From positions 25,174,001-25,238,000 of the forward strand of contig NC_087250.1 of assembly GCF_037042905.1 (NCBI RefSeq): 64,000 nt of DNA, given 5' to 3'. The position numbers and the translations under genes were made by a program. Shown one piece after another: positions 1-13,101 of this stretch. The notes under the pieces were generated by a model, which saw only the letters and a list, made by a program, of their open reading frames with translations, was not told where the DNA came from and made no database searches. Source of the DNA: Lytechinus pictus (Eukaryota). Each line of letters opens with the position of its first letter. Position 1 is the stretch's first letter.

Positions 1-379
1 TGAAAAGCCTAAAAGCTTTATAAATAAAACTGTGGTAATAACAAGAGTAGGGAAAAGCAGAATTAAAAAAATGAAGACAAATAACTCAACTTGTAAATTA
101 TAGAATATTAGAAAAAATGAAATTGTAGTGATCACAAACAAATAAAATGAAAGAAACAAACAGAACTTGGGAAAATGTGTACTTTAAAGAAAGAATAGCA
201 CGACGGAGGATAGAAAAGTGAAGCAGAAGAGAACATGGGGAAAAAATAAAGGAAAACATGAAGGGTTAGAAGCCTGCAGAAGATGAACATATAAAAAGTT
301 TTAAATTATTGATAAAGTGGGGGGATGATAAGAATTGATCAAAAAGGAGTTTGAAGACTTTGGGGAAAAGAGAGGGTTT

Positions 380-1085
380 CAAAAATATTAAGACAATGAT
401 GAAGAAAGAGAAAGAGGGGTCAGAAGACAAACAAGAACATAAGGAGGAAGAGAAGAAGGAAGGGGAGGGGCAGAAGGATGAGAAGAAGGAAAACCAGAAG
501 GGGGAGGGGGAGAGAAGGAGGAGGAAAAGAATAAAGAGGAAGACAAAAAAGAACAGGAGGAGAAAGAGAAGGAGGAGAAAGGGGGAGCAGAACAAGAAGG
601 AATAGAAGAAGAAGTAGGAGAAAGAAGGGGGAGAAGGAAGGAGAGAGAGGAGAAGAAGGAGGGGGAGAAGGAGGAGAAGAAGAAAGAGGAGGATAAAGAT
701 GAAGAGAGGTCAGAAGACAAAAAAGAACAGGAGAAGAAGGAGCTGTAGGAGGAGAAAGAGAAGGAGGAGGAGGAGAAAGGAGGGGGAGCAGAACAAGGAG
801 AAGGAATAGAAGAAGTAGGAGAAAGAAGGGGGAGAAGGAAGGAGAGAGAGGAGAAGAAGAAGGTAAAGACGGAGGAGGAGAAGGAAAAGAAAAAAGAAGG
901 AGAAGGAAAAGAAGATGGAGGAGGACAAAAAAAGGAAGAAGGAGGAGGAGGGGGTGTAGGAGAAGAGGGGGCGAATGGGGAGAAGAGGAAGAGAAGGATA
1001 AGTAAGATATAGGGAGGATGGAGATCGGGAGAAGGAGAGGAGGGAAGGGGAAAGAGAAGTAGAAAAAGAAGGGTAAAGTGAGGGG
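380..1085 (+). repeat. Purine-rich (GAA/GGA) low-complexity tract with internal duplications
   Basis: Almost exclusively A/G; repeated blocks such as gaaggaatagaagaagtaggagaaagaagggggag. Confidence 0.9.
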
Positions 1086-2945
1086 TAGCAAAGTTCTGGC
1101 AGTTGTTCCTCTTTTCATCTTTTTTCTTGTCTTTTTTCCACAAATTAAAGTCAACCGGAGGAGTTTTTAACATTATGCGTATCACCATCTCCAAACTTCC
1201 ACTTTGCAGATCCCCTATTTTCTTTGTTGGCGACTACAGTATGTGTAAGATTTCTGGGCAGAATGCGGAAGGGGTGGATGTTGCCACCCCACCCCCAGTC
1301 AAGAGAGTCCATTCCTTGTCTGATGCAGTACAAAACCTCATCTTCAGTTGTGGTCTCTTAACTTTACATCATTCAATTAACATTCCTTATGTTGGGTTGG
1401 CAGTGAAATACATTTTTTTTAATAATACCCTCATTTTGGCAGCTGCTTTTATCATGAGTCATTCAGCTTTAGCAACAAAGCCTAATTTTGAACCCAAAAT
1501 GAAAGTAATTTTCGTTGTGGTTTTTTAGTGTGTACACTTTGTCTCCCATCACAGAAACCGCATAGCGGTTCTGTATAAAGCCTTTTGAGAATTGTGAAAT
1601 GCCATTCTTAGATTTTTGTCCATTTGTTATGTGCCTGTGGATGAGCTCTAAGCATTGAGGTGCCTGTTCAGACTGTAGAAAATTGTTCAAATATTGTGCA
1701 GAAGTTTAGAGTAGAGGAGTTGTTTAGACCAGACCAGTACGTTATACTGCACTTCTGTATTAATAAGCCCTCCTGATTTGTATTACATGTAGATCACTCA
1801 GACAAAAAAGTAACATTAAGGTGTATTGTACAAATATTGTATATAGAACAAAATTATTCCAAAGAAACAAAAAAAAAATTAACCAAAATATACCTTTAGT
1901 ATGCAAATGTTTTAGTTTGAAGAGGTATTGGTTATTAAAACCAGTCTTTGAAATAGGCCTAGTCAGAATTTTGTATCCCTGCCTTTGCAGCCACCATTTA
2001 AAGAAACATTTTCTTTTATTCTTGTGCATTTTAATAATTGGTTGTCCATGTATTTGAATAAATAATAAAAGACGAGACATCCTAGAATAAAATATTTTAA
2101 AAGATCTTTGTTGAGGACATTTACATGTATACAAGGGGCAATGTGTGAATGTGTTTGCTGCTTTAATACAGTTTGCTTCCCCCCCCCCCCCATCCCCCTC
2201 CCCGCACCCCATCCTCCAATCTCTACATCTTTTATGACAATTTACCACAGACATTCCATTCTGCACAAAGCATTACACTTACACTCAGACGTAATGTACA
2301 AAGAAGAACCAGTTTTAGCCAATCATATTCTAGTTTCATTTTACAAACTGATTTCAAACAAAGAAGAGCAATACGTTCTTAAAGAAAAGTATAATATTTT
2401 AAGAAATAATATGTAGCCTTCTTTGTCACAAATATTTCCAGCATCAATCTTTCTCCTTTTTCGGATCATTGTCTGGGTTGTTAATTAAGCTTCTTTGATG
2501 CTAAAAGATAAGAATTTAATTTCTTTTTCTGTTTTTTTTTTTTTTAGGGGGGGATTGGGTGCAATCTAATTACTGAATACTGACTTTCAGTTTCTTCTAA
2601 ACTGGGTTCAAAATTTATAATAAATTGAAATAATGTTTGTCATTTTGAAAGTTTTTTACATATATATACACACGCATACACCATTTGTGCTTGGGGAGAC
2701 TACATTCTATGTGTAAGTCATCTGTGCCTTGGTTGGTTCTTTTAGTATGCCACCAGCCACCGTACTGTTCACATTGCTTCCAGTATTAGTCCTGAAAAGG
2801 TAGTAGTATAGGGTACCCCTGTTCCTGATGGATTCAATAAAAGGTGTAGTATTTACTCTTGATGTTTTCCAATGAAGGTTATGGGCCTGATATTGATAAT
2901 AAAAAACAATATAGCGCCATCTATCTAGACATAATCTATTCCAAG

Positions 2946-3150
2946 GAGGAGCGATAGCTCAGTCGGTAGAGCGTGGGTTTCGGATTCTGGTGACCCGGGT
3001 TCGATTCCCAAGTGGTGCGCTAGTGCCCTTTGGTAAGGCATTTATCCTCATTACCAGGTCCCTCGGAGAGGACCTTAAGCCGTGGGTCTCCTGGTTGCTT
3101 GCTCACAGGCATTCGTGCTTTCTTAGCAGTCAGGTAAAAAACCTCGGTAT
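2946..3150 (+). mobile_element. tRNA-derived SINE
   Basis: A box (tagctcagtcgg) and B box (ggttcgattcc) followed by a non-tRNA body gtgccctttggtaaggcatttatc. Confidence 0.8.
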
Positions 3151-3157
3151 AATAACC

Positions 3158-3335
3158 CTGGCTTAAGCTCGAGCTGCCTTTCAGCTTTTAGTGCTTTCAA
3201 GGAATTAATCCTGCCGGGTACCCATTCACCTCACCTGGGTTGAGTGCAGCTTAATGTGGGTAAATTTCTTGCTGAAGGAAAACACGCCATGGCTGGGATT
3301 CGAACCCACGTCCCTCTGATTGAAAGATGAGAGTC
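3158..3335 (-). mobile_element. SINE fragment (B box plus core body)
   Basis: Minus strand ggttcgaatcccagccatggcgtg...caagaaatttacccaca...gctgcactcaacccaggtgaggtgaatgggtacccg; same family as 56310-56540. Confidence 0.75.
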
Positions 3336-5651
3336 TTAGGGGATGTTGCAAGAAAATCGCAAATATTCTGTTGCAATTTTACAACTGATAGATCAACATT
3401 GGTTATAGCAAATAAGATTAAATTTCTTGTTTTAAGGAGCAGATTAGCAACCAATCACTAATTTGCAATTAACTGCAAGACATATGATTGCTTTAGGGAC
3501 CAAAAATTGACTTGCAATTGATCGCAAGTTTCTTGAAACACCCCATTAGACTTAATAGACTACGGCTCCCCTATTAATGATATTTGAAAGTTATACTGGA
3601 TATATCAATTAATAGTTGAAGATCTACATCTTCATTGATCTGGCTCCCGTTTCATAAAACTAGTTATGTATGATAACAAATTTGCAGGAACCGTTTAAAG
3701 CTATTGAAATCGGTCAATCTGATTGGCTGATGGGTCCCTATTCTGCATTTGTTATTATAACGAGTCATTATAAAACCGGAGCCTGATTCTGTTTTCTCAA
3801 TATAAAATGTATTGTGGAAAAAATAAAACAAAACTGTGATGTGCATTATAGAATTTGTAATAGCTGCATCAATTTAAACCTACAAAACGGTGTACAGTAC
3901 ATGTAGGTAATACATGAGGCCGACATGCGATTTCGCCCTCATGACAGCCCAAATAGCCCCTTAAATTCCCCCAAAATACATGCTTTGGGGTGGCCATTCT
4001 TTCTTGAGTCACCCCAATATCTGTCCAAAAGAATATTCAAGATTATGAAAATTGATAAACTACATGACAGAGTAATGATATTTGCTTTTACTGCATAATT
4101 GCTTGTTTCCATGAAAAGTAGCCCTTAAAATGAAAGGAATAGCCCCCAAAAATTCTGCAATCGCCCCAATGTGAAAAAAAAAAGATAGCCCCTAAAAAAT
4201 TAAAGTTATTCCTACCTTGCTACAAACTTGTGTGAAGTGCGTGGGTGAGTAAAGTGTGTACATACATGTATCAAATATATTGCGTTATATTATAATTTTG
4301 TAATTTGAAAATGTCATTGATGCTTCAGTTCACACCTTTAGATCTATTTGAACATCCATCTGAAAATGCCATTGAATTTGAAATGAGTCTTTTTTTTTAG
4401 GATTTGTGTAAAAAGTACAGTAGAGTAGCCACTTTCACACCACCCCAATCGAAAATATACCTTGAAATTTCTGATTTAGATTGTTTAAAGTTTACACTGT
4501 AAAAACGCTGTTTAAAATTTTAAGCACATTGTTTAAGCCCCTCATTCTAACAACTGCTGTTTAAACATTTTAAACAGCTGTTTAAACTTTTCAAACAAGT
4601 TAAAAAGTTTAAAAAATTACAAAAAAAGTTTAAACAACAGGAAGTTTAAGCAAACTGTTGTTTAATAGAGTGACAGGCTTAAACAACGTGCTATTTCTTT
4701 CTACTGTGCATGTAATCAAATTCCTCTATTGAAATTTGCTCATCAGGGTATCATGAGTTTGAATCTCACCGCTGCCTAGAATCCTTGACATGCATCAATC
4801 CATCCACATTTTTTATGAATTATGAGCACATAATATTAAAAAAGCCTAACGATTGGGTTTGGAACTTTTGCTAAAATGCTCCCAAAGGAGTGGAGAAAAG
4901 TGCATACGTGTTTCATAAAGAACATTGTACTGTAGTTTGCCTATCATTTTGAGTTTGGAAACTTAATGCTTCCCATAGGAGAAAGTACATGTAGTAGTAT
5001 GCTTACACAAGCTATACCCCATTGACCAGAGTAATAATGATAATTGTTATGATTTGTTGAACAACAAAAATGTATTTTTATGTTTGGATGGTGTGAATAA
5101 GCTTAATATACCTGAGGGCATTTTCAGCAATCTCCCATCATTTGTTGTTTAAGAGATAATCATACACACAATGAAAAGTGTGTAAAATTGTGCTGTGTAA
5201 CGTCCCGTGATAATGCCCAGGAGAGTATGATTGTGAACCTAATACATACAGGGGCGGATCCAGGGTTGCCCTATAGGGGGGAGGGGGCACATTGTCCCAA
5301 GGAAAAATTTGACAAGCAAAAAAAAAAAAGTCTTCATTTTCAAAGGGGGGAGCACACTTCTGTTTTACCTGCATTTTTATATTACAATTTAATTGTGCCT
5401 CTCAAAGGGGGGGGGGGGGGGGGGCTCAGGCCGGCTGTGCCCCCCCCCCCCCCCCGGATCCACCATTGCATGTACATGTAGGTCCGTGGTATGATGCAGT
5501 CATTTCATGTGCACATAATATACCCATTCAATGAAATTGATTGTGGACTGTAAGAGGATGGATGGTCAATTTGACCTTTACAAATGACCATGATTCCTTG
5601 ATAGATTCATGAAATTTATTGTGAGCATTTAAATACTCCTGTGTATTTTAT

Positions 5652-6153
5652 AGGGGAAATTCACCCTGACGAAAAGTTAATTTTGTAAAATTAGCAGAAA
5701 AAATAATAAAAGATATTGGTTTGATGAAAATCCATCAAAGAATAGGAAAGTCTATCACAAATTGAATTATTTGATTTGTGATGTCATGTGTGTACAGCTT
5801 TCCTACATGACATCATGTATTTGGTAAAAAATCAATGAAATGTCATTTTCTTAGAAAATTGAAAATGTTTTTTATTGTAGTTTCAGTATATCAGTCAGTA
5901 CGTAACTCATTTCACATCTGCTCCTAAAAATGAAATGAAAAAACAAGTCATCTCGAACCATTAAAAAAATGAAATTTGATTTATGAAATATAGGGCAGCT
6001 GCTTGTTTTAACATAAAAAATGAGAAAACTTGAAATGATAATGATATTATTAATCTTTAATGGATTTTTCTCAAACTTTCACCAATGATTTTTTAATCAT
6101 TTTTCTGAGCACTATTTTGACAACAAACTTTTGTCAGGGTGAACTTCTCCTTT
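5652..6153. mobile_element. Degenerate MITE, Kolobok-like
   Basis: Termini aggggaaattcaccctgac / gtcagggtgaacttctcct followed by ttaa. Confidence 0.65.
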
Positions 6154-7288
6154 AACCCCCTCTATGCCAATTGCACCAAGGGAGGTTTTTAGTATTATAG
6201 CCAGTGACATTCACTAACAACTTTTATATCCTACATAGAGTAAATCCTGTATAGTGATTGGTTCAAGTAGCATCATGTGACCTAATATATTTCAACTATG
6301 ATGTTGCGTGACGTCAGACCTCGATATATTTTTGGATATATCGAGGTCTGACGTCATTATTTCGCAAAACTGGATATCTAGCTAAACTTTTGTCAGGGTG
6401 AACTTCCCCTGTGACTCCCCTCTATGCCAATTGCACCAAGAGAGGTTTTTAGTATTATAGCCAGTGACATTCACTAACAACTTTTATAATCTTCATTCTT
6501 GAACACCAAGGAGCATTAGTGACAATTTTTAGATTTTCTTCTAATAATATAAAATCTCAGAGGTCCAGTTTACCCCCTGAAATGCTAAAAAAGGAGCCCT
6601 GGAAAAATCCTCATTCATTGCAGTGCTAAAGCTCGTTCAATGTAGCAACTTCCCCCCCCCCCCTAAAAAAATAAAGAAAAAAAATAAAGAAATGTAAATT
6701 TGCTTATGGCTGAAAAGTATGCATATTAATATGTGGTATTTTAGCTACATGTACATGTAACTGAAAAGTCCACCTTAGAAAAAGTTTATCTGAAATTAAA
6801 AAGAGAAAAATCCAACAAGCAAAAAATTAGAATTTCATCAAAATCAGATGTACATGTACAGAAAGTTATTTACTCTTTTATGTTTTGCTGGATTTCACAA
6901 AAGAGTTCGATGTTTATCAGAGTCTGTATGCAAATGAGGGGACAGATGACTTCACTCACTCACTACGAATTAAATTAAACTTTCTCCTCATTGTCCTGTG
7001 AAACAGTTTTAATTTTATTCCTCCTTAAATTAAACCATGGAAATAATACCATTTAAACATTTCATGGTTCAGTCAAGTTGGTCCTCATTGTCAAATCTGT
7101 AAAAAAATGAAATTGAAAGAGAAAGTATCTGTAGACATTTATTATTTCATTGATTTATTAAATCATATCATTCAGTTTTCCCATCCTGTTAAGAATTTGT
7201 CCTTGCTGTGATTATATTTATTTGACCTCCTGCAATTTTCAGCCCTCAATCTAGCCAAAAATTACTTTCATTTCTGTTTTACCTCAAG

Positions 7289-7345
7289 ATGATGAAGAAG
7301 AGAATGTGTGGCATACATGTAGCTCACAAATATTTGAAATTCCTT
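7289..7345 (+). CDS. Candidate 57-nt phase 1-1 cassette exon of the Pur gene
   Basis: tttctgttttacctcaag|AT GAT GAA GAA GAG...CCT T|gtgaga. Open and frame-compatible with exon A; no homology recognised. Confidence 0.3.
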
Positions 7346-7511
7346 GTGAGAAATATACTTTCAAGTTCGGAATATTTTTTTCTGCTTTTTTCTTTTTAAA
7401 GACAAATTAAATTTTTTGTGGAATGCTTGGATCTATTCTCTTTTCATTAAATCCTCCCAGGCTCCCACCCTGTTTCTAGTCTGCTATGCAAACCCTTCAC
7501 TTGAGGTACAG

Positions 7512-8112
7512 TAAGGACAAGTCCACCCCAACAGAAAGTTAATTTGAATAAAAAGAGCAAAATCCAACAAGCATAACATTGAAAATTTCATCAAAATCGG
7601 ATGTAAACTAAGAAAGTCATGACATTTTAAAGTTTCGCTTTATTTCACAAAACAGTTTATATGCACATCCTGGTCGGTATGCAAATGAGGAGACTGATGA
7701 CATCATCCACTCGCTATTTCTTTTGTATTTTATTATATGGAATATGAAATATTCTAATTTTCTCCTCATTGTCAAGTAAAACAACAATTAATTCCTCCCT
7801 GAACATGTGGAATTAGCATTGTTTATATATAGTTCAGTCAAGTTGGTCCCTATTGTCAAATTTCTAAAAAATGAAATATTGTATAATTAAAACAATTAAA
7901 AAAAAACAATAGAAATAGTGAGTGAGGGACATCATCGACTGTCTCATTTGCATGTCACTGAGTTGTGCATATCACTGTTTTGTGAAAAATATTAAAGCGA
8001 TACTTTAAAATTTCATAAAGTCCGATTTTGATGAAATTTTCAGCGTTATGCTAGTTTGATTTTTCTCTGTAATATTCAAATCAACATTTTTCTGTGGTGG
8101 ACTTGACTTTTA
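7512..8112. mobile_element. ~600-bp MITE family A (TTAA target, AGG..CCT ends, Kolobok/T2-like)
   Basis: TIR aggacaagtccacccca / gtggacttgactt; long internal palindromy; several copies in the window. Confidence 0.85.
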
Positions 8113-9136
8113 AGGGTCTGAATAAGTGCAGCCTATCAATGCGTTGGTTATGAAGCCCCCCCCCCCCCCTGAATTGAAACGGCAAGTTCTGTATGTGCTA
8201 GTCTTTGCGTGGAGATCTACTTGTTGATGAAAGTTTCAATCAAGCTCTGTGCCTGGACTCTGGAGACTACCCTGTTCCCCATCTAAAAATATGTTCATAC
8301 CGATATGGAGGGATCGAAATTCTAAAAAAACTTTTCAAAATTACTCATGGCAAATCGGCGTAACAGGAATTTCTTTAAAAATTGTTTTCAGGGGCTACTT
8401 TTGGCAACCTACATGCACTACCTTGCACTATTTGCAATATTGGATAAGCTTTAATGTTGCAGTGAATAGGGATGTTCTGGGGCTCTTTTTTTTTTTACTT
8501 CCCGGGCTCTTTAGAGCATTGGGGGGGGGGGCAAAATACATACAAGATGTTGGGATAGAATAGAATGCATTGTACATTGTTGAGGAATGCAAGTCAATTT
8601 TTGCTGGCTCATAACTTTTGGAAATTATTTGACTTGAGTTGGTGTGAATTTATAATATGAAATAAATTATGAGGCTTTTATGGAGATGTATAATAATCTA
8701 TTCTAGGGGTATGGGGCGGGGGGGGGGGGGAGTTGACAGGTATGAAAGCCCCCTCACAAATGCATTCTTTCTGGTAGTGATCATTGTCATGTAGTAGTCT
8801 GCAGGCACAGACCCTGATAGAAACTTTGATTAATAAGTTGGTCTTCACACGAGACTAGCACATATAAAACTTGCTATTTCAATTCTTCAGTACACAAGAT
8901 ACTGTTGGATGCGTATTCAGACCCCTTACTCAAATGAAGGGTTTGCACAATAACAACGGACATACATGTATTGTACAGTGCTGATTCAAAGTTCTCAATC
9001 AATGAATGAACTTTAGTTACCTGTGGTATTTGTGTTTCCAAGAAAAGAAGTTTCTTTGATTGTGGAGTTTATCCTGGTACTCATTGCAGCGTAAACTTGC
9101 AGCCTTCTTCCATTTCTAATCCCCAATTTAAAATTA

Positions 9137-9610
9137 GGTGGTTTCAGACCGCCTCGAAGTTCGTCAGTTCCAGGTATTCTCTGATCGGGAAATTTACCCC
9201 GATCAGAAAATACCAGGTATTTTGGTAATGTGAAAGCAAACTACGCGTAATTTCCCCGAAAGAAAATACCCGCTAAATAGTAGGTACTTGGTGAAATTAC
9301 GAGAACTTTTTCGGGGATTTTTCCAAGGTCGCAGGTATTTTGGCAATATGAAAGCAATTTACGGGAACTTTTAGCCCAGTGTGTCGTTGGGCGCGGGCGC
9401 CGTGGGTGGCTGCTGGGCTAGTGGTTTTGAATCTTGCGCCTTGCCTGCTTATTAGACCATACTGCGCATGCTCCTAACTTCAGGAATTTATCCCGAAGGG
9501 TGTGTTTCGGGGCGGTGTGAATGCAGGAATAATTAATGGGTATTTTTTAGCCTAAAAATGTTCTCGTAATTTAACGGGGATTCTTGTGATCGAGGCGGTT
9601 TGAAACCGCC
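9137..9610. mobile_element. Non-autonomous DNA transposon, PIF/Harbinger-like
   Basis: TIR ggtggtttcagaccgcctcga / tcgaggcggtttgaaaccgcc, flanked by tta/taa. Confidence 0.75.
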
Positions 9611-9754
9611 TAATGTGGCATTTTGTTAAAAAACACCTTCCATTTTTGAATTCTTCAAATTTCTTCTAGCATGACCTTTCCCTATAACAAATGCTTGTAT
9701 GGGCCAATTTGTTTTATTTTTATTTGTTTATTCATTTTATTCGACTCATTCATG

Positions 9755-9993
9755 CACTGTAAAAACTGCGGTGTTAAAACTGACACCAGTTGGTGTTAAT
9801 AGAGGACCACAACGTGAGGTGTTAAAATTACACCCTAGAGATTAAAAATAACACCAAAGCGTGTAAATGTAACAACCAAAGGTGTTGTAATGACACCTAT
9901 AGGTGTAAAACTAACGCCACCAATTCAACACCGGTGTAAAATAACTGGTGTGGTCCTCCATGTACACCGGTTAACACCACAGTTTTTGCTGTG
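9755..9993. mobile_element. Short MITE
   Basis: cactgtaaaaactgcggtgttaa / ttaacaccacagtttttgctgtg; a related terminus occurs near 4495. Confidence 0.6.
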
Positions 9994-12821
9994 TGTATTT
10001 ATATTTATTTTTGAGTTTCCTTTTCTACAGTATTTTGCTTTACAAGTTTATTTTTTTTCAGATTTACAAAATGGAGAAAAAAGAAAAGTAGGGTTATGAC
10101 TAAGCTGTAGTTATGACTTTTTTTCTGTATAGAAAAGCTATATGTATTGCTAATGAAGTCTATGAGTGAATCTAATAAAGAATAGTGCAGAATTGCAGAT
10201 ATAATTCATTCTCCCTTTATTCTGTTCTTTGAAATTCATGAAGGTATTACTATTGATCTCTGTACTAGTTTGAAAGAAGAATTTCTTGGAAATATTTGTT
10301 TAATTGGCTGGTTGTTCTGTTTCACTCCAACTTTTCCTGTACAAAGTCTTTGTCAGAGCATCATAATTATTTGGTCATTTACGGCTAGTAGCGATTGATT
10401 TGTGCTATTGCCATCAGAGATATGCGCTTGAGGTTTACCAATTCCGAGAAAGTTTGATGACATCATTTTGACTAATGATTAACAAGAGCCCAGTGGCACA
10501 ATGGTCTGTATTCAATCCCACGATATCACTGACCAATCATGACCATTGTTGCATGTGCATTTCGTTGTTAAAGTATACATCCAAAGAATCAAAAGTATTT
10601 TATAATGACTTTATGTGGTCATCATTGTAAAGGGGAAGTATTACTAATCAGATATATAACTTCACTTTTCAAAATAGTGATCAGAGATTGCAGAAATCAG
10701 CTCTCAAAAATGATTTATTTTCATGCCATATTTCTGCCTTCCACCGGTCCTCTTGCGAGCTCCAGCTGATTGACGTCACACAATGAGCAGTGTGCAGCTG
10801 TGCTGACAGCAGCCCATTGGAGACGATCTTTCCAATCAGCGTTTTTTGCTCTTAGAATTGTTTATTCCTCTTAAGATTGGTCTTGTTATATAGATAAAAG
10901 TTTGAATTTACTGAACAGTGAAAAAAGTGCACATTTAACGTATTTTGGTGACCGATATTTAGCTTAGAATTTTTTTTTTTTTTTTCAAGAAATATAGGTG
11001 AATAAACAAAGCATATTTTCACGTAGAAATCACACTTGCGTCACATTAATGTTATAGTCAATATAAAGCATAGACATTCTTCTTTATGACTGAACAAAAA
11101 TTATGAAATTTCATTAAGTAGCAAAGTCAGGAATCACAAAAAAAACACGGCAATATCCATCGCGAAATGACTGAAATTGCAGTTGAATTGCCGAAGCATT
11201 ATTAGGAAACAGCGGCGAGCGGACTTTCTTTCATATATCTTAAAAATGCCATCCTGTTAGGGCGATGGTCTGTGGCCAAATGCGTTGGCCATTGTTTTGT
11301 CATGTGCGAGGACCCTGGTTCGAAACTCGGATTTTTTTTTTCTGGGTATTTTTTTTTTATTCCTTCCCCGTCCCTACCCATCTTTTTTTTCTCTTTTTAT
11401 TTTCTTGTGAAATTCTATTCAGACCTGTATTTATCAAATCTTGCTTCTTAATTGCTGCTTTTGATTTTCAAGTTCTTGATTAGATTATTCTACTCTTATT
11501 TGGGATGGGAGGGGTAGAGTTAAAAGTCAAGTCCACATCAACTAAAAATTATTTGAATAGAGTGATTTCCCTTGTTGTTTTTACTCAAAACAGTCATATA
11601 CACAAAACAATGATATGCAAATTAGAGTTGTCACTCACATCACATTCGTTTCTATTTTTTGTGGCATTTTGTTTTTTATTCTTTGCAGATTTGACGATAG
11701 GAAACTCTTCATCTGATCACAATAGGTTATATTTACGGAACTGTTAAAATAGTAATTATATAAATTTGAATCAAAGTTTTTATGAAATTTCCTGCAATAT
11801 CTTGTTATTTTTCTTTAAATTCAAATGAATTTTTGATTGCGTGGACTTCTCCTTTACTCTTAATGTAGGGAATGCATAGCAAAATTTATCCAGAAACAAA
11901 ATTGTCTTAGAATATGCAAATCAGTAATTGGACACATGTTCACTTTTCTTTCATCCAGGCCACTTCCTCACATCCACCAGGCTTTCAGTCTGATGATGAA
12001 CCATCACACAACATTCACAGTGCTTCACAATAAATATTTCACTTCTGTTCATACATGCAATAAATATTGTGGAAAACAAATAAAAGGCGTACCCATATTC
12101 AAATACCGTTTAAAAGGACAAATATATTATACCTTTCGAGAAAAATCAGCACGTTAAATATCTGATAACAAAACATAATTATGGGGCACTGCAAGAAACT
12201 TATGTTCAATTGCAAATCAAGCGTAAGTCTTAAATTCAAATTTAAGCGTAATAAGGTCGAGTTGCAATCGCAATTCAACTACATGTTTAATCAAAGGACT
12301 TTCCCTTGATTTGGGACGTGTGATTGAGTATAACATTTCTCGCAAAATGCCCTAGTAACATTAAAATTGTTCTTTCGTTTTAAATTGTGTGTTATTATTT
12401 TTGACAAGCTGTATTCCTGTCCGAGTAAAATTTCTTAGTTCTCTCCAAAACTGTGCTCAAAATTGTTTCCAAGATTGATAAAGAAATTTTTTCTTTTGTA
12501 TCATTATCATTCCACAACTTGCAAACCGTAGGTCCTGGAAAGAGTGAAGAAAAAAATGGCTATATCCAAATCATAGTAAAAGGACATGATGGAATCTCCC
12601 AGATTGAGGTAGCAAGCAGAGACCAGAAGTCACCAGAGTTAGCAATTGTGCAGATCTGTGTGTAGAAGAGAGAAAAAAAGAAATAGTTTAAATAATCAAA
12701 TCAAAGTATGAATTTAATTATCGTGATGATTGATGACGTGCGGTGGCATGTAATTCCCGGTCAACAACAAATGATAGTAGGTTTAGACACCTGAAAAGTT
12801 CCACTCAGAACACTGGTGCTC

Positions 12822-12978
12822 TACCTCAAGTGATGTTTGTGTAGGCCCCACTCCACTTCACTACCGCTACACTACCGTACATGTACGCCACACCTACCCG
12901 GGTAAGTGTGTAGCGTAGTGTAGGCTGTAGCAGTACTCCAGTAGTGAAGTGGAGACTACACGAACATCACTTGAGGTA
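12822..12978. mobile_element. Palindromic MITE
   Basis: tacctcaagtgatgtttgtgtag / ctacacgaacatcacttgaggta. Confidence 0.75.
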
Positions 12979-13101
12979 CGGTGCTCTCTGAGTCTCTGTG
13001 TCATTACAAAGATTGCATTTATCTTCATTGTTGAAGGCATTACGCATACATATATGCAGCAACACTCTAATCAGAAAGAAACACCAGACTCTAATTTTGG
13101 C

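Larger units (their letters stand above)
1401..7152 (+). other. Putative intronic fold-back structure H0
   Basis: Nested helices, e.g. 1627-34/5511-18, 2268-75/4964-71, 2840-47/4332-39. Confidence 0.55.
8685..10581 (+). other. Intronic fold-back structure H1
   Basis: Nested helices, including a perfect 11 bp pair 9035-9045/10282-10292. Confidence 0.7.

Noticed and set aside
266..1194. Long F/S/L/P-rich and K/E-rich ORFs
   Set aside because: Products of the GA-rich low-complexity tract; no domain similarity.
2946..3020. tRNA gene
   Set aside because: Has A and B boxes but no clean acceptor stem, and runs into a SINE body.
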